The position numbers were made by a program, and so were the translations under genes. A stretch of 29,377 nt of DNA from a virus. Lineage: Duplodnaviria; Caudoviricetes. The stretch lies in IMG/VR virus record IMGVR_UViG_3300032112_000032, positions 1 through 29,377 of that record; one strand, written 5' to 3'. The notes beneath the pieces are model-generated. The model was not told the origin of the DNA. It did not search any database and saw nothing but the letters and a program-made list of their open reading frames with translations. Numbering within the stretch: position 1 is the first letter of the stretch; each line of letters begins with the position of its first letter. Below are positions 15,124 to 23,019 of this stretch, in pieces.

Positions 15124-15711
15124 TTAATCCTCAATGTACAATCTTCTTGAAATACCAAAAACGAGAAGCGGGCAACCTGCGCCACCGCCACCCTCTATTC
15201 TCCGTAAAAGCCTGCTCATGTGTGTGGTTGACGACCCGTATGACTTCCCGCGCCCAAGATCGTCAAAGATTTCCTGCAATTCGTCGCAACGGGTAATGAT
15301 CACACCCACACTGATCGCCCGTAAATCGAACAGTAACCGAAAATTGTTCAAATCTCTATCATAGAAAGGGTCTTTATTATTCCACTCGATCTCCAAGGCA
15401 ACACGGTTTCGGAAACAGTCAACCTTGTGTGTCGGTGAATCCATCTCGTTGTCATCGACGACCACCTTCGTTTTGAATTCCTTTTCAACCCATCCGCGAC
15501 TGAAAAGAAAATTGTCTATGTATTCAGATACTTTTGATTTTCTACCACCTCCGACGGTGATATGACTTCTCTTGAGCCTGAACGCTGTCAGAACGTCAAT
15601 AATATCCGACCACTCTGCGCCGAAGTCCTCTTTAAGAATTGCGCACGCGTGTTTCCATTCGTGGATCTCGTAATTTTCTTGTATGAAATCGGGGAGTAGG
15701 TCAATGCCCAT
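15124..15711 (-). CDS. BglII/BstYI-family restriction endonuclease
   Basis: THKVDCFRNRVALEIEWNNKDPFYDRDL; adjacent to the methyltransferase. Confidence 0.85.
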   Translation of the reverse strand: MGIDLLPDFIQENYEIHEWKHACAILKEDFGAEWSDIIDVLTAFRLKRSHITVGGGRKSKVSEYIDNFLFSRGWVEKEFKTKVVVDDNEMDSPTHKVDCFRNRVALEIEWNNKDPFYDRDLNNFRLLFDLRAISVGVIITRCDELQEIFDDLGRGKSYGSSTTHMSRLLRRIEGGGGAGCPLLVFGISRRLYIED

Positions 15712-15796
15712 GTCTTGCTCCTTTGTGGTTAATAGAAGTTAAGATCATGGGCATGAACACTACTTTATTGCGTAATTATAGGCAACTGCAAATGAT

Positions 15797-16255
15797 TTAA
15801 TAGCCATCCCTCTCCATAAGAGAATCGACCGAAGGGAAAGGCGGCGTTTTGATCATGCCGTTTGATCTTTCCGTCACCGCTCGATTGATGACGTCATAGA
15901 TCGTGTTGATGTCCTGCGTTGTTTCCTTTCGTGTCGTTGTTTTTCCTGTCAGCATCTTGAGCGTCGGTTTCCACACAAAGCTCATGAACGTATCCTTTGA
16001 CCACGGCATATCTATTCCCTCTGAAATGAACGCGCGCATATCAAGTCCACTGTCATTGAGCAAGTGTGCCATCTGATCGCAAAAGAGCCACCGTGCGCGA
16101 TTTTGAGCGTTTGAGCGTACGTCTGGAACGTGTTTAACTGTGAATCTTTGCAATCCAAGCATTTGTATCAGTGCCGTGACCTTGTCTTTACCGTCATGCT
16201 TGTCGGTACATTCAATAGGATAGCGTATTTTGACCTCGAATGTCATTTTTGGCAT
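15797..16255 (-). CDS. NinB-like recombination protein
   Basis: RSNAQNRARW...GKTTTRK; located next to SSB. Confidence 0.55.
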   Translation of the reverse strand: MPKMTFEVKIRYPIECTDKHDGKDKVTALIQMLGLQRFTVKHVPDVRSNAQNRARWLFCDQMAHLLNDSGLDMRAFISEGIDMPWSKDTFMSFVWKPTLKMLTGKTTTRKETTQDINTIYDVINRAVTERSNGMIKTPPFPSVDSLMERDGY

Positions 16256-16314
16256 AGATGTACAGATTGCCACCAAAAACGCTAACCTGAGCGAATTTGG
16301 TGGCAAATATGATA

Positions 16315-16782
16315 CTAAAACGGAACGTCCTCAAGTTTGATCTCGTCATCATCAACTTTAACCGCCTCGACCTCTGGCGTGTCATCAAGTTCAATGGTTG
16401 GTATTGGTTCTTGACGCTGTTGCTGTTTTGGTTCTTGCGGCGCAGCGTTTTGTGGACGAGAGCCAAAATCGAAACGTTCAAGCACGATCTCTGTGCGGTA
16501 CATCTTCTTTCCCGTTTCTTTGTCATCCCATGATCTCGTTTCCAGTCGTCCCTCAACATAGATCTCTTGCCCTTTGACAAAGTACTGTCCGATCACCTCT
16601 GCCTGTTTTCCCCAGGCGATAACGTTATGAAACTCTGTTTTCGACTGCTTCTGCCCGGTATTGTCTTTCCATTGTGTTGACGTTGCGACAGACAGCGTGC
16701 ACAGTGATGTGCCGTTTGGTGTTGTCTTGAGTTCAGGGTCTCGTGTTAACCTTCCGATGATAATGGATTTATTTACATTCAT
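16315..16782 (-). CDS. ssb: Single-stranded DNA-binding protein
   Basis: NKSIIIGRLTRDPEL, KTEFHNV, YVEGRLETRSW, C-terminal EDVPF. Confidence 0.97.
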   Translation of the reverse strand: MNVNKSIIIGRLTRDPELKTTPNGTSLCTLSVATSTQWKDNTGQKQSKTEFHNVIAWGKQAEVIGQYFVKGQEIYVEGRLETRSWDDKETGKKMYRTEIVLERFDFGSRPQNAAPQEPKQQQRQEPIPTIELDDTPEVEAVKVDDDEIKLEDVPF

Positions 16783-17368
16783 ACTTCTTTTTTAATTCAC
16801 GAATTAGCTTCTTTCCCTTTTCGATGCCGATCTCCAATTTCTTGAACATGACCGGGTCAGGTGAAATTCGATGGATGATCAGAGAACGCTCGAAATTGGG
16901 ATTGTACGACACATAGTCCCACCACTTCCGACCTGTGATCAGCATATTCATTTGGACTTGCCAGATGTATTTCGATTCGATTGCCTTTATACCCTGCACG
17001 ATCAGCTTGAAATGGTGGGCGTTGTTCACACATTTGATCTCGATACCGCCGTCATCATCGACAAGACCGTCCGGACTGCAGCCGACATACTTATCAATCT
17101 CAATGAATCCTACCTGTGTCACTGTGTTGAACGTCTCAAACTGGTACTGCTCTCGCGCGATCGGTTCGAGTTCTTTCCCTCGCTCGATATCTGAATTGGT
17201 ATATGACTCTGGGGGATTGATGGCATAGAGTTGGCTCACGACATCATAGATATATGTATCAAGTCCTCTGCCGTTGGTCCCGATAGCCTGGGCGTGGCTT
17301 CCTGTCATTTTGCCGCGCCGTCGCTCATGCCACTCTGGCGTGCCTTGTTCGCAATAATGTATCTCCAT
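16769..17368 (-). CDS. YqaJ / lambda-exonuclease family protein
   Basis: QGTPEWHERR, RGKELEP, SPDGL, IEIKC, WQVQ. Confidence 0.92.
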   Translation of the reverse strand: MEIHYCEQGTPEWHERRRGKMTGSHAQAIGTNGRGLDTYIYDVVSQLYAINPPESYTNSDIERGKELEPIAREQYQFETFNTVTQVGFIEIDKYVGCSPDGLVDDDGGIEIKCVNNAHHFKLIVQGIKAIESKYIWQVQMNMLITGRKWWDYVSYNPNFERSLIIHRISPDPVMFKKLEIGIEKGKKLIRELKKKYECK

Positions 17369-17369
17369 A

Positions 17370-18110
17370 TTATTGCGGTATTACTGGTATATCCTCCTTG
17401 ATCCGCTTGATGACATCGTTCGCAAATTTGACGATCTCAACGTTGCGCAATTCGTCTTGCGTCAATGAGTCTCTCACCTTTTTCACCTGTGGGATCGTTT
17501 TGCATTTGTCAAACTTCGCCTTGATACCTTCGACATCGACGATCGGCACATTTTGCAATGCTTTCTCGTTATCTTCATCTTCCGTGACAATTCCGAAAAT
17601 GTTGCAGAACGCATATCGTTTTGCGAATGTTGTCTTTGCAGCTTTGATCTGCTCATCGCTCATGATCGACGTTCCGCCACCTTGCCCGAGATCCATTTCG
17701 CTGTAATCAGAATGTCCGCCGATATGCTTTGCGAAACATCTGATCGCGATTGTTGCACCGGCATCGTCTTTCACAGTTTTGAAGTCGTAACTTAATTGAT
17801 GTTTTGCGAGAATCGGCTTCACGATTTTCACAATGTAATCCAGCGGGGCATACTTGAAAGCAAGCTCACCTGATTTAGTGCGTGACCCGTCTTTGATCTT
17901 TGGGATAATTGGACACTCTGCCTGAAACTGCGTCATCGCTTCATCGTATTCTTTTTTCGCCTGATTCTTCTCCCATCGTTCTTGGAGATCAAACAATCTT
18001 TCCAATACACTGATGTCAGCTCCTTTTTCGATTGCTTGTGCTATCAATGTATTCGCAGGAGCAGTCTGCATTGATTGCGCGTTTTCTCTTTTTTGTACTT
18101 CTTTGCTCAT
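17370..18110 (-). CDS. ERF family single-strand annealing protein
   Basis: FQAECP, KYAPLD, HIGGHS, TFAKRYAFCNIFGI..EDED. Confidence 0.85.
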   Translation of the reverse strand: MSKEVQKRENAQSMQTAPANTLIAQAIEKGADISVLERLFDLQERWEKNQAKKEYDEAMTQFQAECPIIPKIKDGSRTKSGELAFKYAPLDYIVKIVKPILAKHQLSYDFKTVKDDAGATIAIRCFAKHIGGHSDYSEMDLGQGGGTSIMSDEQIKAAKTTFAKRYAFCNIFGIVTEDEDNEKALQNVPIVDVEGIKAKFDKCKTIPQVKKVRDSLTQDELRNVEIVKFANDVIKRIKEDIPVIPQ

Positions 18111-18118
18111 AGGGTTCT

Positions 18119-18328
18119 TTAATTAAACATTACTACTTGCTTCCTGTCCGTTCTTCGGTACGTGCGTTTGATGACACCGCGCACCGTGAGAAGGTTCATT
18201 TGGATCTTCACCGTGGACAAACATAAACCTGTCCTTTTCACGATTTCCGCATGTGAAGTCTCAAACGGATTCTCCTTTTTTGCTCTCTTTTTGAGATAAG
18301 CGATTATGGTTTTTTCGCTCTGTGGCAT
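18119..18328 (-). CDS. Winged-HTH DNA-binding protein
   Basis: SHAEIVKRTGLCLSTVKIQMNLLTVRGVIKR. Confidence 0.7.
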   Translation of the reverse strand: MPQSEKTIIAYLKKRAKKENPFETSHAEIVKRTGLCLSTVKIQMNLLTVRGVIKRTYRRTDRKQVVMFN

Positions 18329-18368
18329 TGTTTTTTTGTCTCCTTTCTAGGTAACTGGTTACACTGTA

Positions 18369-18396
18369 AGTATAGCACACTGTTGTATCATGTCAA
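18369..18396 (-). promoter_or_regulatory. Sigma70 promoter of the recombination operon
   Basis: TTGACA-16 nt-TATACT with extended TG. Confidence 0.7.
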
Positions 18397-18413
18397 CACC
18401 TTGAAATAACACG

Positions 18414-18440
18414 AAAAAGCACACTGCATTGAGTGTGCTT
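18414..18440 (-). terminator. Intrinsic terminator
   Basis: AAGCACACT-6 nt-AGTGTGCTT with a U-tract on the - strand, just after the DUF932 stop. Confidence 0.7.
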
Positions 18441-18448
18441 GGTTGAGA

Positions 18449-19354
18449 TTATTTTGTCAGGGCGAGGATGCGACCGCCTATGCGCTGATAGACAAACATC
18501 CGCTCGACCGCAAGGATCGTATCGTTGGCGGCGGCGGTAAAGGCGTTGATCACCGCCCACATGGTATCAGGCTCGCCGTCATAGTATGCTTGAACGTGCT
18601 CGATTTCCTTTTTGGTGAGTTGATAATGCCTTCCGAAGTTCTCGATGAGCTTCATCGGATTTTGTGCCGGAGCATCAACCGCGATCTTGAACTGTTCGCT
18701 GCTCTGGACGACTTGCCGCGAAATGGTCCTGATGATGTCATAGAAGTTATCAAGACCCTTTGTGGAGGTATGCCGAAAGCTTTGGTTGATCTGTTCCGAC
18801 GTAATGAGCCCGTTGGTGCAAACGATTCGCAGGAAATATGACGAGACGGAGAACGTCTTGAGTCCCACTTCCGAATTGGAGATCGCCACACCGGGCAACA
18901 GCTCGTCATCCGGCGCAACCTTGAAAGCCGACGACCGGTCAGGAATTGCCAACGACATCATGCTTTCGTCTTCCCGAAAAACACAGCGCGTGTGTTCTGG
19001 GATGTTGAGCTGTCGAATGATCTCCACGTTATCCATCGGCGTATATCGCTTTGTGAAGATCGCTCGCAGCGTTCCACCGTTGAATCTGCAAAAGAGTTCT
19101 TCGCTCTTCTGCTGTGCCAACCAATAGGAGAGATTTCTTTCCTGGAGGTCTGGCGGACAACGATCGAGGTACGGCGCAGGAATGCCAAGGCGCTGACCGA
19201 TCAAGCGTTTTGCAGAATCGGACACGTCATAAACAGATCCGCCGATCTCAACCTCGTCGAAGGAGAGGAATTGAATGTCTGCAGGCTTAAAAAGTTGATC
19301 CCAATGAAGGCTCGCATTCTTTTCGATGATCTCGCGTACTTTACCGAATTCCAT
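18449..19354 (-). CDS. DUF932/DUF945-like protein
   Basis: RAIFTKRYTPMDN, GVAISNSEVG, LRIVCTNG, WAVINAFT; AAGGAGGT SD at 19354. Confidence 0.8.
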   Translation of the reverse strand: MEFGKVREIIEKNASLHWDQLFKPADIQFLSFDEVEIGGSVYDVSDSAKRLIGQRLGIPAPYLDRCPPDLQERNLSYWLAQQKSEELFCRFNGGTLRAIFTKRYTPMDNVEIIRQLNIPEHTRCVFREDESMMSLAIPDRSSAFKVAPDDELLPGVAISNSEVGLKTFSVSSYFLRIVCTNGLITSEQINQSFRHTSTKGLDNFYDIIRTISRQVVQSSEQFKIAVDAPAQNPMKLIENFGRHYQLTKKEIEHVQAYYDGEPDTMWAVINAFTAAANDTILAVERMFVYQRIGGRILALTK

Positions 19355-19364
19355 AGTTACCTCC

Positions 19365-19535
19365 TTAGTAACCGCAGTTGTGGCAACGGATCTTGCCGTC
19401 ATTGGTGATGATGAGCGTGTTGGAGAGATTGTGGATGGTAAACTTGTGCCCACAGTCCAGTTCCACACGCTTGAATTTTAGGAATCTTCGCAATTCTCTT
19501 GCGTGGATGGTTTTCTTGCGGGCATGCGGTGCCAT
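19365..19535 (-). CDS. 56-aa Cys/His protein
   Basis: Manual translation MAPHARKK...ELDCGHKFTIHNLSNTLIITNDGKIRCHNCGY; AGGAG SD. Confidence 0.65.
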   Translation of the reverse strand: MAPHARKKTIHARELRRFLKFKRVELDCGHKFTIHNLSNTLIITNDGKIRCHNCGY

Positions 19536-19849
19536 AGACACTCCTGAATCTTGTCGACATAGGCGACTTTCGTTGGTTTCCAGTAGAGGTCTCTGTCGAT
19601 CTCGAACGGTCCTATGCGTATTTTCTTGAGTTCTTCCAGAGAGAAGTACCCAAATTCCGCATTTTGGATGTCACCGTTCAAGATGGCAAAGCCCCAACAA
19701 ATATCCCTGCCGTCGCACTCGATGATGTACCAGTCGCAGCCGGCCAAAAAGAGGTGCGCGTGCACAACCTTATCTGCAAGGAACTCTTGTTCGGTTGCGT
19801 ACAGTTTCGGGATTGCTTCAAGCTCGTGCGGTGCGAATTCGTTCCACAT
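19478..19849 (-). CDS. DUF2958-like protein
   Basis: IPKLYATE, DWYIIE, EFGYFSLEEL, IDRDLYW. Confidence 0.8.
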   Translation of the reverse strand: MWNEFAPHELEAIPKLYATEQEFLADKVVHAHLFLAGCDWYIIECDGRDICWGFAILNGDIQNAEFGYFSLEELKKIRIGPFEIDRDLYWKPTKVAYVDKIQECLWHRMPARKPSTQENCEDS

Positions 19850-20030
19850 TGGCTTCCCTCCTTAGAAAATCCTGTTCGACTTGCCTCTCAATGTCGCATT
19901 GCGGACAGCCTGCGATGGTAACCGGCATGTGCATTGACATGGCCGTATCGCAAACGTCGCTGCTTGAAAAACGCCACCGTTCACCGTCAACACAGATCTG
20001 TTGATGTCTGATGCAGATGCTGATGAACAT
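19818..20030 (-). CDS. Hypothetical Cys-containing protein
   Basis: GGAGGTG SD; CxxH...CxxC. Confidence 0.55.
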   Translation of the reverse strand: MFISICIRHQQICVDGERWRFSSSDVCDTAMSMHMPVTIAGCPQCDIERQVEQDFLRREANVERIRTARA

Positions 20031-20095
20031 TTTCACCTCCATTGTAGAGTTATGATGTCCGAGATTGGACACCAAAGGCTACAATGGAGAAATGC

Positions 20096-20593
20096 TTACA
20101 AAGATGATCTTCGTTGATGGAGGTAATTTTCTAAGTTTTTCTTACCATTCTCTATAAGTATCTCGATCCTGCCATCCTTAGTCATATGACATTTACGGCA
20201 CAACCACTCCCAGTTGTCCAGGTTTCTATCGTAAATGCCTTTATTAGCTAGATCATACGGTTTGGAATTGTTACAAAAGTCACATGTTTCAGGCTTTTTC
20301 AATCTTCGTTTCACCCAACTATGCAATCCATTCAAACCAACTTTATCGCCAGTCCAATTCGGGTTTTTTTCAGATAACTTAGTTTGTGATTTCATGAATC
20401 TTGACATACAACCACAGCTTTTATTGTCACCAACTGTAAATTGACCGATTCTTTTTTCTATGAATTTTCCACAATCACACTTAGCTAACCAGATCCATTC
20501 TTGAGTTTTTTTGTTGTAGTATTTTCTTACTGGTTTTATTGCCACTAAATATCCATATCTCACACCAGCAATGTTCTTTCGTGCCATAGGCAT
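20096..20593 (-). CDS. HNH-like (homing) endonuclease
   Basis: WLAKCDCG, SCGC, NPNWTG, LHSWV, CDFC, LCRKCH; AT-rich relative to neighbours. Confidence 0.65.
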   Translation of the reverse strand: MPMARKNIAGVRYGYLVAIKPVRKYYNKKTQEWIWLAKCDCGKFIEKRIGQFTVGDNKSCGCMSRFMKSQTKLSEKNPNWTGDKVGLNGLHSWVKRRLKKPETCDFCNNSKPYDLANKGIYDRNLDNWEWLCRKCHMTKDGRIEILIENGKKNLENYLHQRRSSL

Positions 20594-20640
20594 AGAATAT
20601 AATAATTATATTATAATTCTATACCCATGGCTTTTGACAG

Positions 20641-20838
20641 TCAATGCCTTAACCGCTTGTACTTTTTACTTATTTCATCATAATGTGAATCACAAAATCC
20701 ATGACTTAATGGATCATCAAGATGTGAAATACACACAATGCAATCAGGGCACCAATGGCACTTTCTTTTGATACCATTTATTGAACAGGCATAAACACAG
20801 CCACATACACAACAGGCACTTATGAGAACTTGTTGCAT
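20641..20838 (-). CDS. Small Zn-binding protein
   Basis: CCVCG...CPDC...SHGFCDSH; AGGAGGT SD. Confidence 0.55.
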   Translation of the reverse strand: MQQVLISACCVCGCVYACSINGIKRKCHWCPDCIVCISHLDDPLSHGFCDSHYDEISKKYKRLRH

Positions 20839-21020
20839 GACATACCTCCTTTTTTCTATCTGTTGATTGTTAATGAACAGAGGAAAAAACGAGAGTTTTA
20901 ACGAACGAGAAAAAGGAAAAGCAGGAGGGGAATTACAGCGAGGAGAGCGGATATGCCGAGGATGATGTATTCATGCCAGAATGACCTGGGCAGGGGGACA
21001 TCTTCACTCATAGAATGATG

Positions 21021-21446
21021 TTAATTTTTAAGCCCTATGTGTGCGAGCCATGCTATAACGACCGATGTACAAATAAGGGTGATGACGGTTATCATCGCTT
21101 TTTCCACCCATTTCGGAGCATACTTGCGATCAAGTCTCTCCAAAATTGCGTCAAGCTTCTCGATATGCTCCTCGTGCTTTTCGATGATGCCGTCGATCTT
21201 CTTTTCCATGTTGCTGATTTTTTCGTTCATAGTTGCGATGCCGAGTCCTCGCTTGACACATTCTGATTGGATGCGGTCAATTTTTCTTGTCGGTATTGCC
21301 TTACCGTCCTCGACTATTTTGTTTATATGATTGATTATTTCTTCCTTTTGCCTTTGCAAATTGTTTTCAAGGTTAAGATTGCGGACTTTGTTATTCTCCG
21401 TTAGCGCTCTTTCAATTTCCAACTTTACTTCTTCACGGGTGCACAT
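21021..21446 (-). CDS. Coiled-coil protein with C-terminal TM helix (lysis module)
   Basis: LDRKYAPKWVEK followed by a hydrophobic helix. Confidence 0.65.
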   Translation of the reverse strand: MCTREEVKLEIERALTENNKVRNLNLENNLQRQKEEIINHINKIVEDGKAIPTRKIDRIQSECVKRGLGIATMNEKISNMEKKIDGIIEKHEEHIEKLDAILERLDRKYAPKWVEKAMITVITLICTSVVIAWLAHIGLKN

Positions 21447-21447
21447 C

Positions 21448-21636
21448 TCACTGTTTGTTTAGCCACTTAGTGATCTGACTAACGATCGCAGTTCCAAAAA
21501 TGACAGCAAGAGCCTGTTGCTGTGCCGTAAGATTAAAAACGTCAATATATTCAATCGTAATAGTTATTGCAGTTGCGATAAATCCGGCCAATGCAACCCA
21601 CCCTGCGCTTTTAATTCGTTTTAGTAGTTCCTCCAT
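21448..21636 (-). CDS. Putative holin
   Basis: 62 aa, two TM helices, ending SQITKWLNK; next to the peptidase. Confidence 0.6.
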   Translation of the reverse strand: MEELLKRIKSAGWVALAGFIATAITITIEYIDVFNLTAQQQALAVIFGTAIVSQITKWLNKQ

Positions 21637-21675
21637 AATGATATTTTAATGATTACATTTTAATTATAGCATAAA

Positions 21676-22134
21676 TTATTTATCAAACACCCTGTAACTC
21701 CTAAAAGGATAATGATTGATTGGTAATTCTTTTCCATCCCACGGGTCGAAAATCCAGCGCTTGTTATCGCGGAATATTCTGACTACAAAATGTTGTGATC
21801 GTCCCAAAAGAACCTCTTTGATAGAAAGCTCCTGAGTAGGCATTCTCTCAATGTCTGTTACTTTTTGATAGTTTTTCAGACCGAGAACATCAAAAGCTTT
21901 CGGCATGATCAGATCGCCGTTATACACGCCTTTTTCCATGAAAAGTTTATCTACATCAATAGGATCAAGCCCTGTAACGTACGATAAGCACATCAAATAA
22001 CATCCATACTGTTGCATTGATGTCATGCTGTAACCAAGTTTATATCCCTTGTATCGTGGGTTTCTTTGCCAATAAACTGACTGGTCTAGGACATTTTCTT
22101 TGTAGCCACATTTTGGGCATATATCAAAACTCAT
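21676..22134 (-). CDS. Peptidase C39-like protein (putative endolysin)
   Basis: Q.N..Y...KLG, YGCYLMCL, QHFVV, IFDPW (Cys-His-Asp). Confidence 0.7.
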   Translation of the reverse strand: MSFDICPKCGYKENVLDQSVYWQRNPRYKGYKLGYSMTSMQQYGCYLMCLSYVTGLDPIDVDKLFMEKGVYNGDLIMPKAFDVLGLKNYQKVTDIERMPTQELSIKEVLLGRSQHFVVRIFRDNKRWIFDPWDGKELPINHYPFRSYRVFDK

Positions 22135-22151
22135 ACATTGAGAGTTAATGT

Positions 22152-22658
22152 TTATTTGATCATGATAGGCACAAGTGCAATATATGGGTTTAAAACGGAC
22201 TGTGTAGTGCTCAATGCGTTGTTTGTCCCTGGCGTTGTACTTCCCGTAGAACCGCCATGATTGTGTGTCACTGTATAATATCCACCGATTGAGAAACCAG
22301 ACGAACCGTGATCACCAGCAACACGCGCCAATTCACCCTGCGTTGATATTGTATGATTGTGGCTTGCAACTGTGTGCGAGTGTTGAATATTGATCGTTTC
22401 AGCACCACCAGTATCGCCGAGATTCAATCCATCTCCGACACCGCGTATAGATCGCTTTTTTATATCAGGCGTGCTGTTATTACCATCGCAATAGTAATAT
22501 GCAGACGGAATAGAGCCAATCGCTCCATTGAACCAAAAGACAATGCCAGGCTGAAATATGTTGTTTAAGAAATTGACAACATCGGAAAAGTTCTGATTGA
22601 CTTCCGATGATCTGATCGTCGTTGTCGGACTGAAAACGTAGGTGACTGCGAGTGACAT
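22152..22658 (-). CDS. Short tail-fibre/collar-domain protein
   Basis: SSEVNQNF, CDGNNSTPDI, TGGAET, HSH/HNH, LNPYIAL. Confidence 0.75.
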   Translation of the reverse strand: MSLAVTYVFSPTTTIRSSEVNQNFSDVVNFLNNIFQPGIVFWFNGAIGSIPSAYYYCDGNNSTPDIKKRSIRGVGDGLNLGDTGGAETINIQHSHTVASHNHTISTQGELARVAGDHGSSGFSIGGYYTVTHNHGGSTGSTTPGTNNALSTTQSVLNPYIALVPIMIK

Positions 22659-22659
22659 A

Positions 22660-23019
22660 TTATTGTTGCATTAACGATTTAATTATTTTTTCCTCCTCAT
22701 ATTTTTCAAGATTGTATTTGTGCTTTTTGTCGCTTGTGTTTGGGTCTGTCACTTTCCAATCTTCAAAACCGTCCGGAGCGTCCTGTGGATTTTCCCTCCA
22801 ATACTCTTTATGGAGATCAACGATGATCTGCGCGCTTTGTGATACATCTTCACCTTTGACCAGGCTTTCCCTGCAATGAGCGCAAAGAAGTACAACAAAA
22901 ACCCAATAGCGATTGACCTCGATGTAATGGCGCACAGAATTATCAGACAGACGCTTTTTTTCCCAATCAATGAGATCGCATCCGCAAAGACTGCATGTGC
23001 CATATCTTAATGTTATCAT
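22660..23019 (-). CDS. Hypothetical protein in the tail module
   Basis: Two CxxC motifs; ATGA overlap. Confidence 0.55.
   Translation of the reverse strand: MITLRYGTCSLCGCDLIDWEKKRLSDNSVRHYIEVNRYWVFVVLLCAHCRESLVKGEDVSQSAQIIVDLHKEYWRENPQDAPDGFEDWKVTDPNTSDKKHKYNLEKYEEEKIIKSLMQQ

Noticed and set aside
15124-15711. AGATCT specificity for the nuclease
   Set aside because: AGATCT sites occur freely in the window, and family membership does not fix the target
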